From Pristiophorus japonicus (taxonomy: Eukaryota): a DNA stretch of 64,000 bases. This document shows, piece after piece, positions 11,675 to 23,669 of this stretch (positions within the stretch are counted from its first letter, which is position 1; each line of letters begins with the position of its first letter). The notes under the pieces are model-generated. The model saw only the letters and a list, made by a program, of their open reading frames with translations. It had not been told where the DNA came from and did not search any database. The stretch is from positions 26,908,001 to 26,972,000 of the forward strand of contig NC_091982.1 in NCBI RefSeq assembly GCF_044704955.1, in the 5' to 3' direction. Position numbers and translations under genes: made by a program.

Positions 11675-14300
11675 AATAATTTGCATTCATGTAGCACTTT
11701 TCATGGCCTCTGGGTGTTTCAAAGCGCTTTAAAGCCAATGTAGTCGCTGTTGTAACGGAGGGAAATATAGCAGCCAATATGTGTACAGCAAGGTCCCAGA
11801 AACAGCATTGAGGTAAATGACAAGGTATGTTGGAAGGTTAAGGGTTAATAATTGAACTGACCTGTATAACTATAATTGGTCATAGAACAGATAATTCATG
11901 AGGTGTTATCTGTGACATGTACCTTTGAAGTAGGCAAGCCAATGTGTACAAAGGAGCATGGTTTTCAAGAGTTAGTTGAAGAGTTCGAAAGATAGAGAAG
12001 CCACTCTCTTGTACGGTATAGATTGATCACCTATGCTGTATATGAATAAAGTCTGTTCCATATACTCAAGTGTCTTGTGCTTACATGAAGCGTGTTGTTG
12101 TGAACCATAAAATGAAGATAGTGATGTTGGTTGAGGGTTAAATATTGGTCGAATGACCGAGCGTCTCTTTGCAGGTGCTAATTATGGAGGCCTTGAGGGC
12201 AGACCAGGCACTGTGGACACTCTGCGTCTCTGGGAGTCATCAGATTGGTAGCGAGACTCTGTCTTTGACGTGACTGTCCTCGACTCCATCTCACAGCATG
12301 CCACCCGCCACCATCTCAGCCCAACCCAGCATGAGGTCGAAAAGACCATCCGACAACTGAAGAACAAGGCATCAGCAGATGGAATCCCCGCTGAAGCACT
12401 GAAACATGGCGGAGAAGCACTACTACCTCAGAATCATGACATCATCTCATATCTGGAAGGAGATCATGCCAAGAGATCTCAAGAGACACTGTAATCATGA
12501 CCATCGTCAAGAAAGGCGACAAGTCCAACTGTGATAACTACAGAGGGATCTCCCTGCGGTCGATCACCGGGAAAGTCATCGCAAGAAATCTCTTGAATCA
12601 TTTTCTTCCTGTGGCTGAAGAACTCCTCCCAGAGTCACAATGGGGTTTCCTCACTAAGGGGCACAATGTTCATGATCTTCACCGTGTGGCAGATACAAGA
12701 GAAATGCAGGGAACAGCACCAACCCTTGTGCATGGCCTTCTTTGACCTCACAAAAGCCTTCGACATTGTCAACCGTAAGGGATTATGAAACGTCCTCCTC
12801 AGATTTGGCTGCCCTCAAAAGTTTGGCACCATCCTCCACCATGATCCTGACCAACGGATCCATCACAGACCCATTCCATGTTCAGACCGGGGTCAAGTAA
12901 AGCTGTGTCATCGCACCAACGCTCTTCATGATCTTCCTTGCTGCAATGCTCCATCTCACCTTCAGCAAGCTCCCCACTGGAGTGGAGCTAAATTACAGGA
13001 CAAATGGGAATCTGTTCAACCTCCGCCGCCTCCAGGCCAGATGCAGGGTCGTCCCAACCTCAGTCATCGAATTACAGTACCTAGACGACGCTTGCGTCTG
13101 CGCACACTCGGGGGCCTAACTCCAAGCCATCGTCAACCCCTTAACCAAGGCGTACAAGAGCATGGGCCTTACACTAAACATCCATAAGACAAAGGACCTC
13201 TACCAACCTGCCCCCACCATACAGTACTGCCCCCCCCGATTATCAAAATCCACGATGAGGCCTTGGACAACCTGGACCATTTTCCATACCTCGGGAGCCT
13301 ACTGTCAACAAAGGCAGACATCGACGACGAGGTCCAACACCGCCTTCAGTGTGCCAGTGCAGCCTTCAGTCGCCTGAGGAAGAGAGTGTTTGAAGACCAG
13401 GACCTGAAACCCGGCACCAATCTCATGGTCTACAGAGCAGTAGTGATACCCACCCTCCTATATGGGTCAGAGACATGGACTATGTGCAGCAGGCACCTCA
13501 AAACACTGCAGAAGTACCACCAACGTTGCTTCTGCAAGATCCTGCAAATCCATTGGCAGGATAGGTGCACCTACGTCAGTGTTCTCGCTCAGGCCAACAT
13601 CCCCAGCATCGAAGCATTACCCATGCTCAATCAGCTCCGCTGGACGGGCTACCTTGTTCACATGCCCGATACGAGACCCCCAAAACAAACGCTCTACTCA
13701 GAGCTCCGACACGGCAAGCGAGCCCCCGGTGGGCAGAGGAAACACTTCTAGGACACCCTCAAAGCCTCCTTGAAAAATGCAACATCCCCATCGACACCTG
13801 GGAATGCCTGGCCCGAGACTGCCCAAAGTGGAGGAAAAGCATCCGGGAAGGAGCTGAACACCTCGAGTCTCTTTGCTGAGAGCAAGCTGAAGCCAAGCGT
13901 AGACAGCGGAAGGAGCGCGCGGCAACCCAGGCACCCCATCCACCTGGTCCTCCAACCACTGTCTGCCCCACCTGTGACAGAGACTGTAGGTCCCGTATTG
14001 GACTCTTCAGTCACCCGAGAACTCATTTTTAGTGTGGTAGCAAGTCATCCTCGACTCCAAGGGACTGCCCAAGAAGAAAAAATATTGGCCAGGGCACCAG
14101 TACTCCTCTGAATCCATAGATCTTTTATATCTGCCTGAGAGGGCAGACAGGGTCTCAATTTAACGTTACATCCAAAAGATAGCACCTCCCCCAGTACTGC
14201 ACTGGAGCGTCAGCCTGGATTGTGTCTCTAGAGTGGGACTTAAACCCACAACCTTCATACTCGGCGGTGAGTGCTACCACTGAGCCAAGGCCGACACCTT
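11675..14300 (-). mobile_element. tRNA-derived SINE interrupted by an LTR-like insert (~11828-12120) and an RTE LINE
   Basis: Head at ~14230-14300 has A-box TGGCTCAGTGG and B-box-like GGTTTAAGTCC on the minus strand; the body matches the uninterrupted copy at 19300-19690. Confidence 0.65.
12151..14080 (+). mobile_element. RTE-clade LINE, 5'-truncated, RT region with stops and frameshifts
   Basis: Peptides KKGDKSNCDNYRGISL, ELQYLDDA, FPYLGSLLS, LLYGSETWT; 10-bp near-perfect TSD aatattggtc (12141) / aatattggcc (14081). Confidence 0.9.
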
Positions 14301-14560
14301 GTATTAATTATCAATTTTACTGAATACTCCAATACAAATTAATCAAAAACTACCATAAAAGTCCACCAGAGAGCATTTAGTGGATAAGCCCTCAGCAGTT
14401 TCAAGGACAATAAAAGTATGGATATGTTTTTCATTAATTAGTGATGCATTTGATGTTCTGCATTTTATTTTGCACCCCAAAACAACTGTTCGGAAATTGA
14501 TTTCCAAAGTCATCACAGTGTAATCCATGACAAAAGGTCATCAACCTGAAACATCAACTC

Positions 14561-16795
14561 GGGCCCAGATTTTGAAACGGACGGCAACTTCAGGATTTAG
14601 CATTTGAAAGCAGAAATCCTGAAGTTGCGGTCAGCCACAGCTCTGGCCCCTCCGCCCCACATAGCGGCAATCAATGGAATCAGTGAAACTAATGAAAACT
14701 TGGGCTTTTCCACGCTAATATCACTGGTAAACATAAGAACATAAAAAATAGGAGCAAGAGTAGGAGTAGGCAATAAGCCTCAAGCCTGCTCCACCATTCA
14801 ATAAGATCGTGGCTGATCTGATCATGGACTAAGCTCCACTTCACGGCCCGCTCCCCATAACCCCTTATCGTTTAAGAAACTGTCTATTTCTGTCTTAAAT
14901 TTATTTAATGTCCCAGCTTCCACAGCTCTCTGAGGCAGCGAATTCCATAGGTTCACAACCCTCTGAGAAGAAATTTCTCCTCATCTCAGTTCTAAATTGG
15001 CGGCCCCTTATTCTAAGATCATGCCCTCTAGTTCTAGCCTCCCCTATCAGTGGAAACATCCTCTCTGCATCAACCTTGTCAAGCCCCCTCATAATCTTAT
15101 ACGTTTCTATATGATCACCTCTCATTCTTCTGAATTCCAATGAGTAGAAGCCCAACCTACTCAACCTTTCCTCATAAGTCAACCCCGTCATCCCCGGAAT
15201 CAACCTAATGAACCTTCTCTAAACTGCCTCCACAGCAAGTATCTCCTTTCGTAAATATGGAAACCAAATCTGCACGCAATATTCCAGGTGTGGCCTCACC
15301 AATACTCTGTATAACTGTAACAAGACTTCCCTGCTTTTAGATTCCATCCCCTTTGCAATAAAGGCCAAGATTCCACTGGCCTTCCTGATCATTTGCTGTA
15401 CCTGCATACTATCCCCCTGTGTTTCATGCACAAGTACCCCCAGGACCCGCTGTACTGCGGCATTTGGCAATCTTTCTCTATTTAAATAATAACTTGCTCT
15501 TTGATTTTTTTCTGCCACATTTTCCAACATTATACTCCATCTTCCAAATCCTTGCCCACTCACTTAGCCTGTCTATGTCCTCCTGTAGCCTCTATATCCT
15601 CCTCACACATTGCTGTCGATACAAAGATGGGAGGAAGGGCAAACTTGGCTACGTTACACTTAGTCCCCTCTTCCAAGTCGTTAATATAGATTGTAAATAG
15701 TTGGGGTCCCAGCACTGATCTCTGCGGCACCCCATCTCGTTACTGATTGCCAACCTGAGAATGAACCATTTATCCCGACTGTGTTTTCTGTTTGTCAGCC
15801 AATCTTTTATCCATGCTAATATATTAACCCCAACCCCATGAATTTTTATCTTGTGGCACCTCGTCAAATGCCTTCTGGAAATCCAAATACACCACATCCA
15901 CTGGTTCCCATTTATCCACCCTGTTCGTTACATCCTCAAAGAATTCCAGAAAATTTGTCAAACATGAATACCCCTTCATAAATCCATGCTGACTTTGCCT
16001 GACCAAATTTTGCTTTTCCAAATATCCTGTTACTGCTTCTTTAATAATGGACTCCAACATTTTTCCAACCACAGATGTTAGGCTAACTGGTCTATAGTTT
16101 CCTGCTTTTTGTCTGCCTCCTTTTTTGAATAGGGGTGTTACATTTTCAGTTTTCCAATCTGCTGGGATCTCCCCAGAATGCCCCATTAAATGTTAAGCCT
16201 TGTTGGAATAAGTGTAACTGGGGTTTTTAACAGCATATTGACTGCTAAGCAAATGTTATGGCCCTGAAAAACTATTTTTTATATTTGTGGAGTTAAATTA
16301 CTCCATTATGATAAAAAATTACAATTTGAAAAAACTTTTAAAACATTTTGAAAAATGTTGTTCATGATATTTCAGCTTCTACCATCCCCATGTTAAAGTC
16401 CCAATCTTTATTTCGCTGTGTAACATTTTAAAAATGGGCATAAAAGCAGCTTTTTCCTGGTTTGCTGCGTGAATTCTGCAATGATTGGCTGCTTCACTGC
16501 AGCTTTTCGCTGGGAATCCCCACATTGCGCTACAATGAATTGTAATATATTCAAAAAGGAGTTAGATGTAGTCCTTACTACTAGGGGATCAAGATGTATG
16601 GCGAGAAAGCAGGAATGGGGTACTGAAGTTGCATGTTCAGCCATGAACTCATTGAATGGCGGTGCAGGCTCGAAGGGCCGAATGGCCTACTCCTGCACCT
16701 ATTTTCTATGTTTCTATGTCGAGACAGTGGGCAGCTTTCTTTTGGGGGCCATCGACAAGCACTTTCGCTTCGCCGCTGACTTCAAATTACAGGCC
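14561..16795. mobile_element. Non-autonomous TIR element (Harbinger-like) hosting CR1 insertions
   Basis: Ends gggcccagattttgaa / ttcaaattacaggcc form an imperfect inverted repeat; it splits a copy of the palindromic element family. Confidence 0.5.
14731..16180 (-). mobile_element. CR1 LINE RT fragment
   Basis: ORFs 15824..16186 (NYRPVSLTSVVGK...YLDFQKAFD), 15219..15563 and 14901..15203; tail repeat at 14731. Confidence 0.92.
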
Positions 16796-18555
16796 TGTTT
16801 CTCGCTCCAGATGCTGACTGACCTGCTGAGCAATATTACCTGTATAATTTTGTTTGGATATGCGACCGCTTTAAATGTCTGCGTGGCCCATTTAAATTTC
16901 CACGTATGCAATGTTATTCCAATTGAAAAGCCAGCAAGCGACCTACGCGGGAGCTCCAGACCGCTGCACAACTGGACAGGAACATTACAGCTGAGTATTT
17001 CCAGCATTTTCTGTTTTTATTATAGTGAAACCTAGCTTGGGACCAGCGCTTAGTCAATATTTGCATTCAGTCCAGAGAGTTTATTAAACTCAGGATGGAG
17101 ACCAGAATTTTTTGGTGATGTTTTCATGCTACTTTTCAAAGGTTTTGACAGAGCAAACATAGGTGCTTAACAATGAATTGGCTTGTTCATCTGTGAAATC
17201 TGAATCCTTTCCCCTTCCCCAAACTAACCCAACATAGATTTCAAACAAATTGTCAGGCATGTATAACATCTAGCCAGAACTAGATGTTCCAGCATCAGTA
17301 AATCAGTTTCTGTTTCACTGTTACGACTCTAAATCTGCATGCAACTAAATAACCTGCTGTGCTGAGATTATTTGCAGTAAAGTTTTGGTAGTGATGGAGT
17401 TTTATATTCTTGAAACAGGTTAAAAACAAAATTGCATTTGGAGATAACAACTAAGTAATCATTTTCATGGCCAGTGTAAGAGACAACAAAATATTATGAA
17501 AAAGGGCACTGCAGGTCAACAACCAGGGGGCATAGATTTAAAGTAGGAGGTTTAGAGGGGATTTGAGGAGAAATTATTTCACCCAGAGGGTGGTGGGGTC
17601 TGGGACTCACTACCTGAAAAGGTGGTACAGCCAGAAACCCTCATCACATTTAAAAAGTACCTGGATATGCACTTGAAGTTGGTCTGTAGCCTTGCAGGTT
17701 AAGAGCTAGAAAGTGGGATAAGGCTGGATAGCTCTTTATGGGCCGAAACGGCCTCCTTCTCTGCTGTAAATTTCTATGATTCCATGCACATCGACATCGC
17801 ACAAACATTTAATGAGCTGACTGCCCAATCAAATTGGTTTTGTTGGCAGTGGTTGCCGGTTGAATACTTACCAGGATAGCTACTTTATCTTTTATCGAAT
17901 GCAAAGCTATCTTTTACATGCACCTGTACAGGCAAATGGAGCCTTGGATTAACATCTCATCGGAAAGGTCATATTTCAGACAATGCAGCATGTTCCCTCA
18001 GTAAAGCAACAGTGTGCCAAAACAGATTATGTAGAATCATAGAATGGTCACTACACAGGCGGCCAGTCGCCCGTCGAGCCGGTGCTAGCTCTCTGCAAGC
18101 ACACCTCAGCTAGTCCCACTCCCCCGCCCTTTCCCCGTAGTCTTGCAATTTTTTCCCCCTTCAGGTAGTTATGCAAAATGTGTTTTAAGTTCACCATTTC
18201 CAGGGCTGCGATGTCTGCCTTGTGCTGAAGATGTCGGTAGAGACTTTGGCGGGGCGGGGGAGAAGAAACGTGGTATGTCACATCTGAAAACCAAAAATAA
18301 TTACACCGACTTATACGAGTAAATGTACCAACACGACGGTGCTACCGTTTCACCCGGCCTCCCAACACGCATTCTCCAAGATAGCCACGGTAGGGAATAG
18401 AGCAGTTTCCAATTGAGAAGCACTGGAAGACAGGCACCACTGACTTCATTCCAACCAGGGAGCCTGGCCGGTTGAGGAGGTAAGCTGGTGTCTGCGTGTT
18501 TCGCCCCCCTCTCTAATCGAGATCAAAGTGTATTGCCCGTCCGCGGCCCGCTTAC

Positions 18556-18712
18556 CACACACGGCGCAGCAAAGCGACTGGCGCAGGTAGGGCAGCAGCT
18601 GGCACAGGTCGGCCCGCACCGGCTCCAGCTCCGCGCCACCGCAACTCGACGACAGCAACATCGCGCAGCGGCAGGCGGCGAGGTAGAGCTCAGTGGCGAT
18701 GACAGGATTCAT
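18556..18712 (-). CDS. MSL2: MSL2-like, coding exon 1 (N-terminal helix and first RING cysteines)
   Basis: ATG at 18712-18710; MNPVIATELYLAACRCAMLLSSSCGGAELEPVRADLCQLLPYLRQSLCCAVC-G resembles the MSL2 N-terminus (MNPVNATALY...LLPYFRQSLSCCVCG). Donor G|GTAAGC at 18555, phase 1. Joined CDS 157+1055=1212 nt, 403 aa; intron 3377-18555. Confidence 0.92.
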
Positions 18713-18963
18713 AACCGCCCTCTGGGGAGAGAGAGAGAGAGAAACGAAATTGACGATGATTTTTCGGGTAGAGGGGGGAGAACGGAACCCCCCCACCCCC
18801 CACAAACTGCTCGCCACGCCTTTCTCCCCACGCACCAGAAGCTTCCCCCGCGTCTCCCCCCGCCCCCTTTATTCTGATTGGATTATTCAGGGTGGGCACG
18901 GTCCAAGAGCGTGGGCAGCCGGCGGCCAGCGGAAGCCGATTGGTCAGTTGCAATGTCACTCAC

Positions 18964-19010
18964 CGCCTCGGCGGGAGATTCTCGGTTCAAACGCTGCGCC
19001 TCAGTGGGAC
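18964..19010 (-). other. Putative non-coding first exon of the MSL2-like gene (intron 18722-18963)
   Basis: Consensus donor GGCG|GTGAGT at 18963-18958, paired with a (CT)n-CCCCAG acceptor at 18723-18722, 9 nt before the ATG. The 5' end is unknown. Confidence 0.5.
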
Positions 19011-19200
19011 TAAAAACAGAAAATGCTGGAAATGCTCAGGCAGGTCAGGTAGCATCTGTGGAGAGAAACAGAGTTAATGTTTCAGGTCGACGACCTTTCA
19101 TCAGAACTGACAAAGGGTCGTCGACCTGAAACGTTAACACTGTTTCTCTCACACAGATGCTGCCTGACCTGCTGAGTATTTACAGCATTTTCTGTTTTTA
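19011..19200. mobile_element. Palindromic (fold-back) element, Penelope-like terminal repeat with hammerhead-like cores
   Basis: Inverted arms of ~90 bp centred near 19105; partial copies at 14527-14560 plus 16796-16830, 16990-17020 and 40578-40655. Confidence 0.7.
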
Positions 19201-19299
19201 TTTCAGATTTCCAGTATCCGCAGTATTTTGCTTTTGTGAACATGAGCATACTCATTGACGAGGCATAAATCCAACCAAGTTAAGTAGTCGATCAGTCTT

Positions 19300-19692
19300 A
19301 AGAAATAACCTGCATTTATGTAGTGCTTTAATGACCGCAAGATACCCAAAGCGCTTCAGTCATTAAAGTACTTTTAAAATGTAGTCACTGTAGTAATGTA
19401 GGGGAATACAGCAGCCAAATTTCACACAGTAAAGTCTTACAAACAGCAATGAGTTCAATGACCAGATAATCTATTTAAAAAAAATGTTGGTTGGCACATA
19501 AATATCAGCAAAGATACCAGGAAAACTCTCCTATTCTTCGAATAGTGTCGTGGGATCCCGGAGAGAGCGGACAGGGCTTTAGTTTAATATCTCATCTGAA
19601 GGACAGGCACTATGGCAGTGCAGCACTCACTACTTCACTCAAAGATCAACCTAGATTATGTGCTCAAGTATCTGTAGTGGGGCTTCGAGCCT
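19300..19692 (-). mobile_element. tRNA-derived SINE
   Basis: Similar to 11675-11825, 14085-14300, 17830-18030 and 5990-6300. Confidence 0.65.
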
Positions 19693-21179
19693 TATAGAAT
19701 CATAGAAAAATTACGAGTTAGAAATCAGAGATGCCTGCAAATGTACATGGTTATGCGATTAAAACTGATGGGAAAAGCGGTGTTTAAATGGTTGTATTTG
19801 AACTAGAGACATTCCCAGACTGGTGGTAGTTGCTTAGAAATGCTAATATTTTGGTAGCCAACTGAGATAACCATTATCTGTGGTTTTCAAGTTAAAGCTT
19901 TAGTTTTGTTTATGTATCTTTAAGACAATTTGCTTCAGAAAGACAATGGATGGAAGTTGATGACTTAGCGTAAACATTTTGCTACGTCGTAAAGGAAGTA
20001 ATGAGCAGTTTTCTGGTTTGGGTCTCATGGTTCAAAGGGTAGAGCTGAGGCTTTGTATTGATTGGACTCGAAAGAATAGGAAGAAGAGATGGAATGATTT
20101 CCACAGGAAGAAACCCTGGGTTAGTGTTAACATAGAATGACGATCAAAATCGTAAGACATTGTTAGGGAGGGCTTTGTTTCAAGAATCGAGGCAAAGAAC
20201 TCGAGCTTTATTGGTTATTAAAGTTTTAGGTCAAAAGGTCTTGTCAATATCCCACGTCAGGCCCACCCCTAAAAAGAGAATAAAAGTAACGGAGATCTTT
20301 TCACCACAGATGGTGTGAAGGGAGAGCGGAACAGATGTTGAGCTGGTCGATCACTGTTCCCATGCTTTGACGAAGGAAGCTCGAGACAAAGAAGATCGGT
20401 TCCTCCACACCTCAGTATCCTCCCATTTATTGTGTATTTCCTTGCTTTGTTGCTCCTCCCCAAATGCATTACCTCACACTTTTCCAGATTGAATTCCATT
20501 TACCACTTTTCTGCCCAACTGACCAGTCTTTTGGCTCAAGAGATAAGCCAATGCTGATACCAAATCAAGCCCACCTCTGCAGGCTCGGTTATCTTGTTTG
20601 AGGTACCAGACGTGTGACCACATACAGAAGAGAGAACTCATTTGAAGTAATTCATATCAACAATTTAACTTGCAATTTTATACTGAATACTGTTTAGAAT
20701 TAGGACAGTTCCACAAGTTTTTTCAGTCATAGAATCCCCTGCCAGTTTCCAAATTACTACCCTCATTCTTCACCCAGGAAAAATATATGCCAGTTCCCTC
20801 CAATACCGTATCTAGCTTCCTCTCCTTTTGAGTAAAGAAAAAAATGCTTTAGGCTAAAACCTTCATTCACAGAATGCAATGATCCGCGGGACAGTTGCAG
20901 ATCTGCATGGCCTTGTGTACCTGGATGACCATGGAGAGGGATCAGTATTTGCTAATATGACACCTTACTCTTTGCCTTGGACTTGCCCAGGCTAGGTCCA
21001 AGATTTATAGCAGTAACTGGCTGCATTATATTGTCAATTATCTAGTGATTTTATCTCATTGCTGTTTGTAGGATTGGCTGCCACACTTCCCTGCATTACA
21101 ACACCTCAAAAGTACTTAATTGGCTATGAAGTGCTTGGGAATGTCCTGAAAGGTGCTCTATATGCAAGTTTTTAATTAT

Positions 21180-22050
21180 TTGAAGTAACAGAGTAGACAA
21201 AGTAGACGATTGATGCAATATATTTGGATTTTCAAAAGGCCTTTGATAAAGATAGATTCACAACTAAGGACAGAGCATGTGGAGTCAGGGGGCAGATAGA
21301 AAAATGGATAGCATGCTGGCTACAAAACAGAAAATAGAGGTTAAAAGGTAGCTACTCAGACTAGCAAAAGGTGGGAAGTGATGTTCCACGGGGATTGGTG
21401 CTGAGACCACAGTTGTTCACAATTTACATTAATGATTTTGACTCAAGCATTGGAAGTACAATTCCAAAATTTGCACACGACAACAAATTGGCAGGTGTAA
21501 AACTTGTATCGAACCTTGGTTAGATCACACTTGGAGTATTGTGCACAGTTCTGGTCTCCATATTATAAAAAGGAGACAGGGGAAGGGACAAAAAAGCTTC
21601 ACCAGAATTGAAAGGATGTACTATTCAGTAAAGGGTGAACACGCTGGGGGTCTTTTCTTTGGAAAGTGAAGGTAGAAGGGTTTAACCTCTAGGTCTTTAA
21701 GATAATGAAAGAGTTTGATAGGGTAGACGTAGAAAAAATGCTTCCACTTGGGGAGAAATCCCAAACTAGAGGTCATAAATATAAGTTTGTTATTAATAAA
21801 TCCAATTGGGAATTCAGGAGAAACTTGTTTACCCAAAGTGGTAAGAATGCAGAACACACTACTACAAGGAGTAGTTGAGCCAAATAGCATAGATGCATTT
21901 AAGGATAAGCTAGATAAGCTTAAGCGAGGAAGGACTAGGATATGCGGATAGGATTAGATGAAGTAGGGTGAGAGGCTTGTGTGGAGAGTAAAGGCTGGCA
22001 CAGACCAGTTGGGCAGAATGGCCCGTTTCTGTACTGTACACTCAATGTAA
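21180..22050 (+). mobile_element. Degenerate CR1 LINE
   Basis: YLDFQKAFDK-like and VRSHLEYCAQFWSP-like coding remnants. Confidence 0.75.
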
Positions 22051-22534
22051 TAAACATATTATGGATATAGTCACACATACGCGTTTACACTCTGGAATTT
22101 AAAAAAAAATCTTAAACTTAGGACATAATGGAAGAGAGGTTTCTGTTTCCTTTAAAATGAAGTATAACTTCACATATTTCCCTTCTGCCAACGGTTTCCT
22201 TATTTATCTCTTTGGAAAGTGATTCATGCTGGACTGAGTTCCATTGCAGCAGTCACACACGTCTTCCAAGTGACCTTTCTTCACATGCAAGCTTGGTGTC
22301 AATAGGCTGTTTTAACTGTGGATGCCATCAAAATTGAGCTGATAATGTTCTCGCTCGAGAACAAATATGCATTATCCACTAAGCTATGTGTTATATTTCT
22401 AGGCCTTTGCAAGATATTTCTCTCATGTTCTGCCCAAAAGACTACTCCTACAAACTTGAGAGATTTTATCCACACATTATATGGTATGCCCAGGGTTGAA
22501 CAGAAACTTGTGTTACTGTCATTAGCTTAAATCG

Positions 22535-22780
22535 CCCTGGTTAACCCTTGCCACTGGACCAAGACCTAGCTCTGTCAAACCTATGTGGTGGCTGATGTGC
22601 AACAGTCACCACACATTAAAAAAAATCATGCACAGGCATCTTCCACACCTTCAATTGGAGTTCAGGACTGGAACATCGGGTCCTTCATTGAAATACCTGT
22701 GAACTCGTGGAAGCAAGTCATCCTCGTTCAAGGGACCACCTATGATGATGATGATGATGATGATGATGCTGATGCTGATG
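22535..22780 (+). mobile_element. RTE-related short element ending in a (GAT)n tail
   Basis: The 3' end gtggaagcaagtcatcctcg...ggaccacctatgatgatg matches the RTE 3' ends at 4788-4835 and 14033-14075. Confidence 0.65.
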
Positions 22781-23669
22781 AACGGAAATGGTACAAGCCC
22801 TCGTGTTCTTCTGGTCTTCAGAAAAAAAATATCAGACTGCGACTTAAGGCTATAAAACTACAAATCAGCTTTATTGAAAGTAAAAATTTAAATTAAAGCC
22901 AATATAAAAAATTCATTTCATTAGAGCTTTTAATTTGTACCTCCTTGGGTACAAAAATAACTGCTAGTTCCTCTAACACCAACTTTATCAATATTTTGAT
23001 ACCATTCATGGAGTATTTATGTTTCACATGTCTTCTTTCCAAGTGCAGGACTTCACCCTGTTTACTGGGTTATCATGCAGGCAATCCTCAAATTTATTCC
23101 TCATAATTGATTTAATGTCACCAAGGACTGAAGAAAAGCTAATGGGTCCATAGCTGTCTGAGTATATTTGTCACCCTTTTTGTCAAATACATTGATTTGG
23201 ACTATTCCTATTTAAGTCAAGCATGATGCACACATCTTTCCTGATAAATATTTGGAATAATAATTTTATTTTTTGTAGCATTAGTATCCTTCGTAGTTTT
23301 GCTCCTCTGCTCGGTCTGCTGTCTTATTGCTATAGTAGTGAAATAATTTTTGACTCAACTTTTGCATCTGTAGCTATATTCATTTCCAGGTTTCGCTTTG
23401 CCACTCTGACCACCCCGTTGATATATTTCTACATGTTTTAGATTCATCCCTAGAGGGTTTTGTTTTTATATACTATAATCTTGCTAATTCTGAGCATGTT
23501 TTTATTCAGAACGCACAATCCTGTTCATTTTCTCAGATTACACAAATATTACTTCAGTTTAAAAAGGCTAGTTGTAGATCCAGTAGTCGATTTCATTTTT
23601 CTTCCCAAAAGACACATTTCAAATATAAGTATAAGTATCTGCAACACCACTGTACAATGAATACCATTG

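Larger units (their letters stand above)
18480..19010 (-). promoter_or_regulatory. CpG-rich promoter region of the MSL2-like gene
   Basis: High GC/CpG density against AT-rich flanks; GC box at ~18856-18867, two CCAAT boxes (gattgg at 18876-18881 and 18938-18943) and an ETS-like cggaag at 18930-18935. Confidence 0.7.

Noticed and set aside
14230-14300. tRNA gene
   Set aside because: A and B boxes are present but continue into a SINE body; no full cloverleaf.
16469-17035. 188-aa plus-strand ORF
   Set aside because: It runs across a MITE, a CR1 tail and a palindromic-element fragment, with no coherent domain.
2322-18712. MSL2-like gene as a processed pseudogene
   Set aside because: It has an intron at the position I recall for MSL2, no stops or frameshifts, and a CpG promoter.
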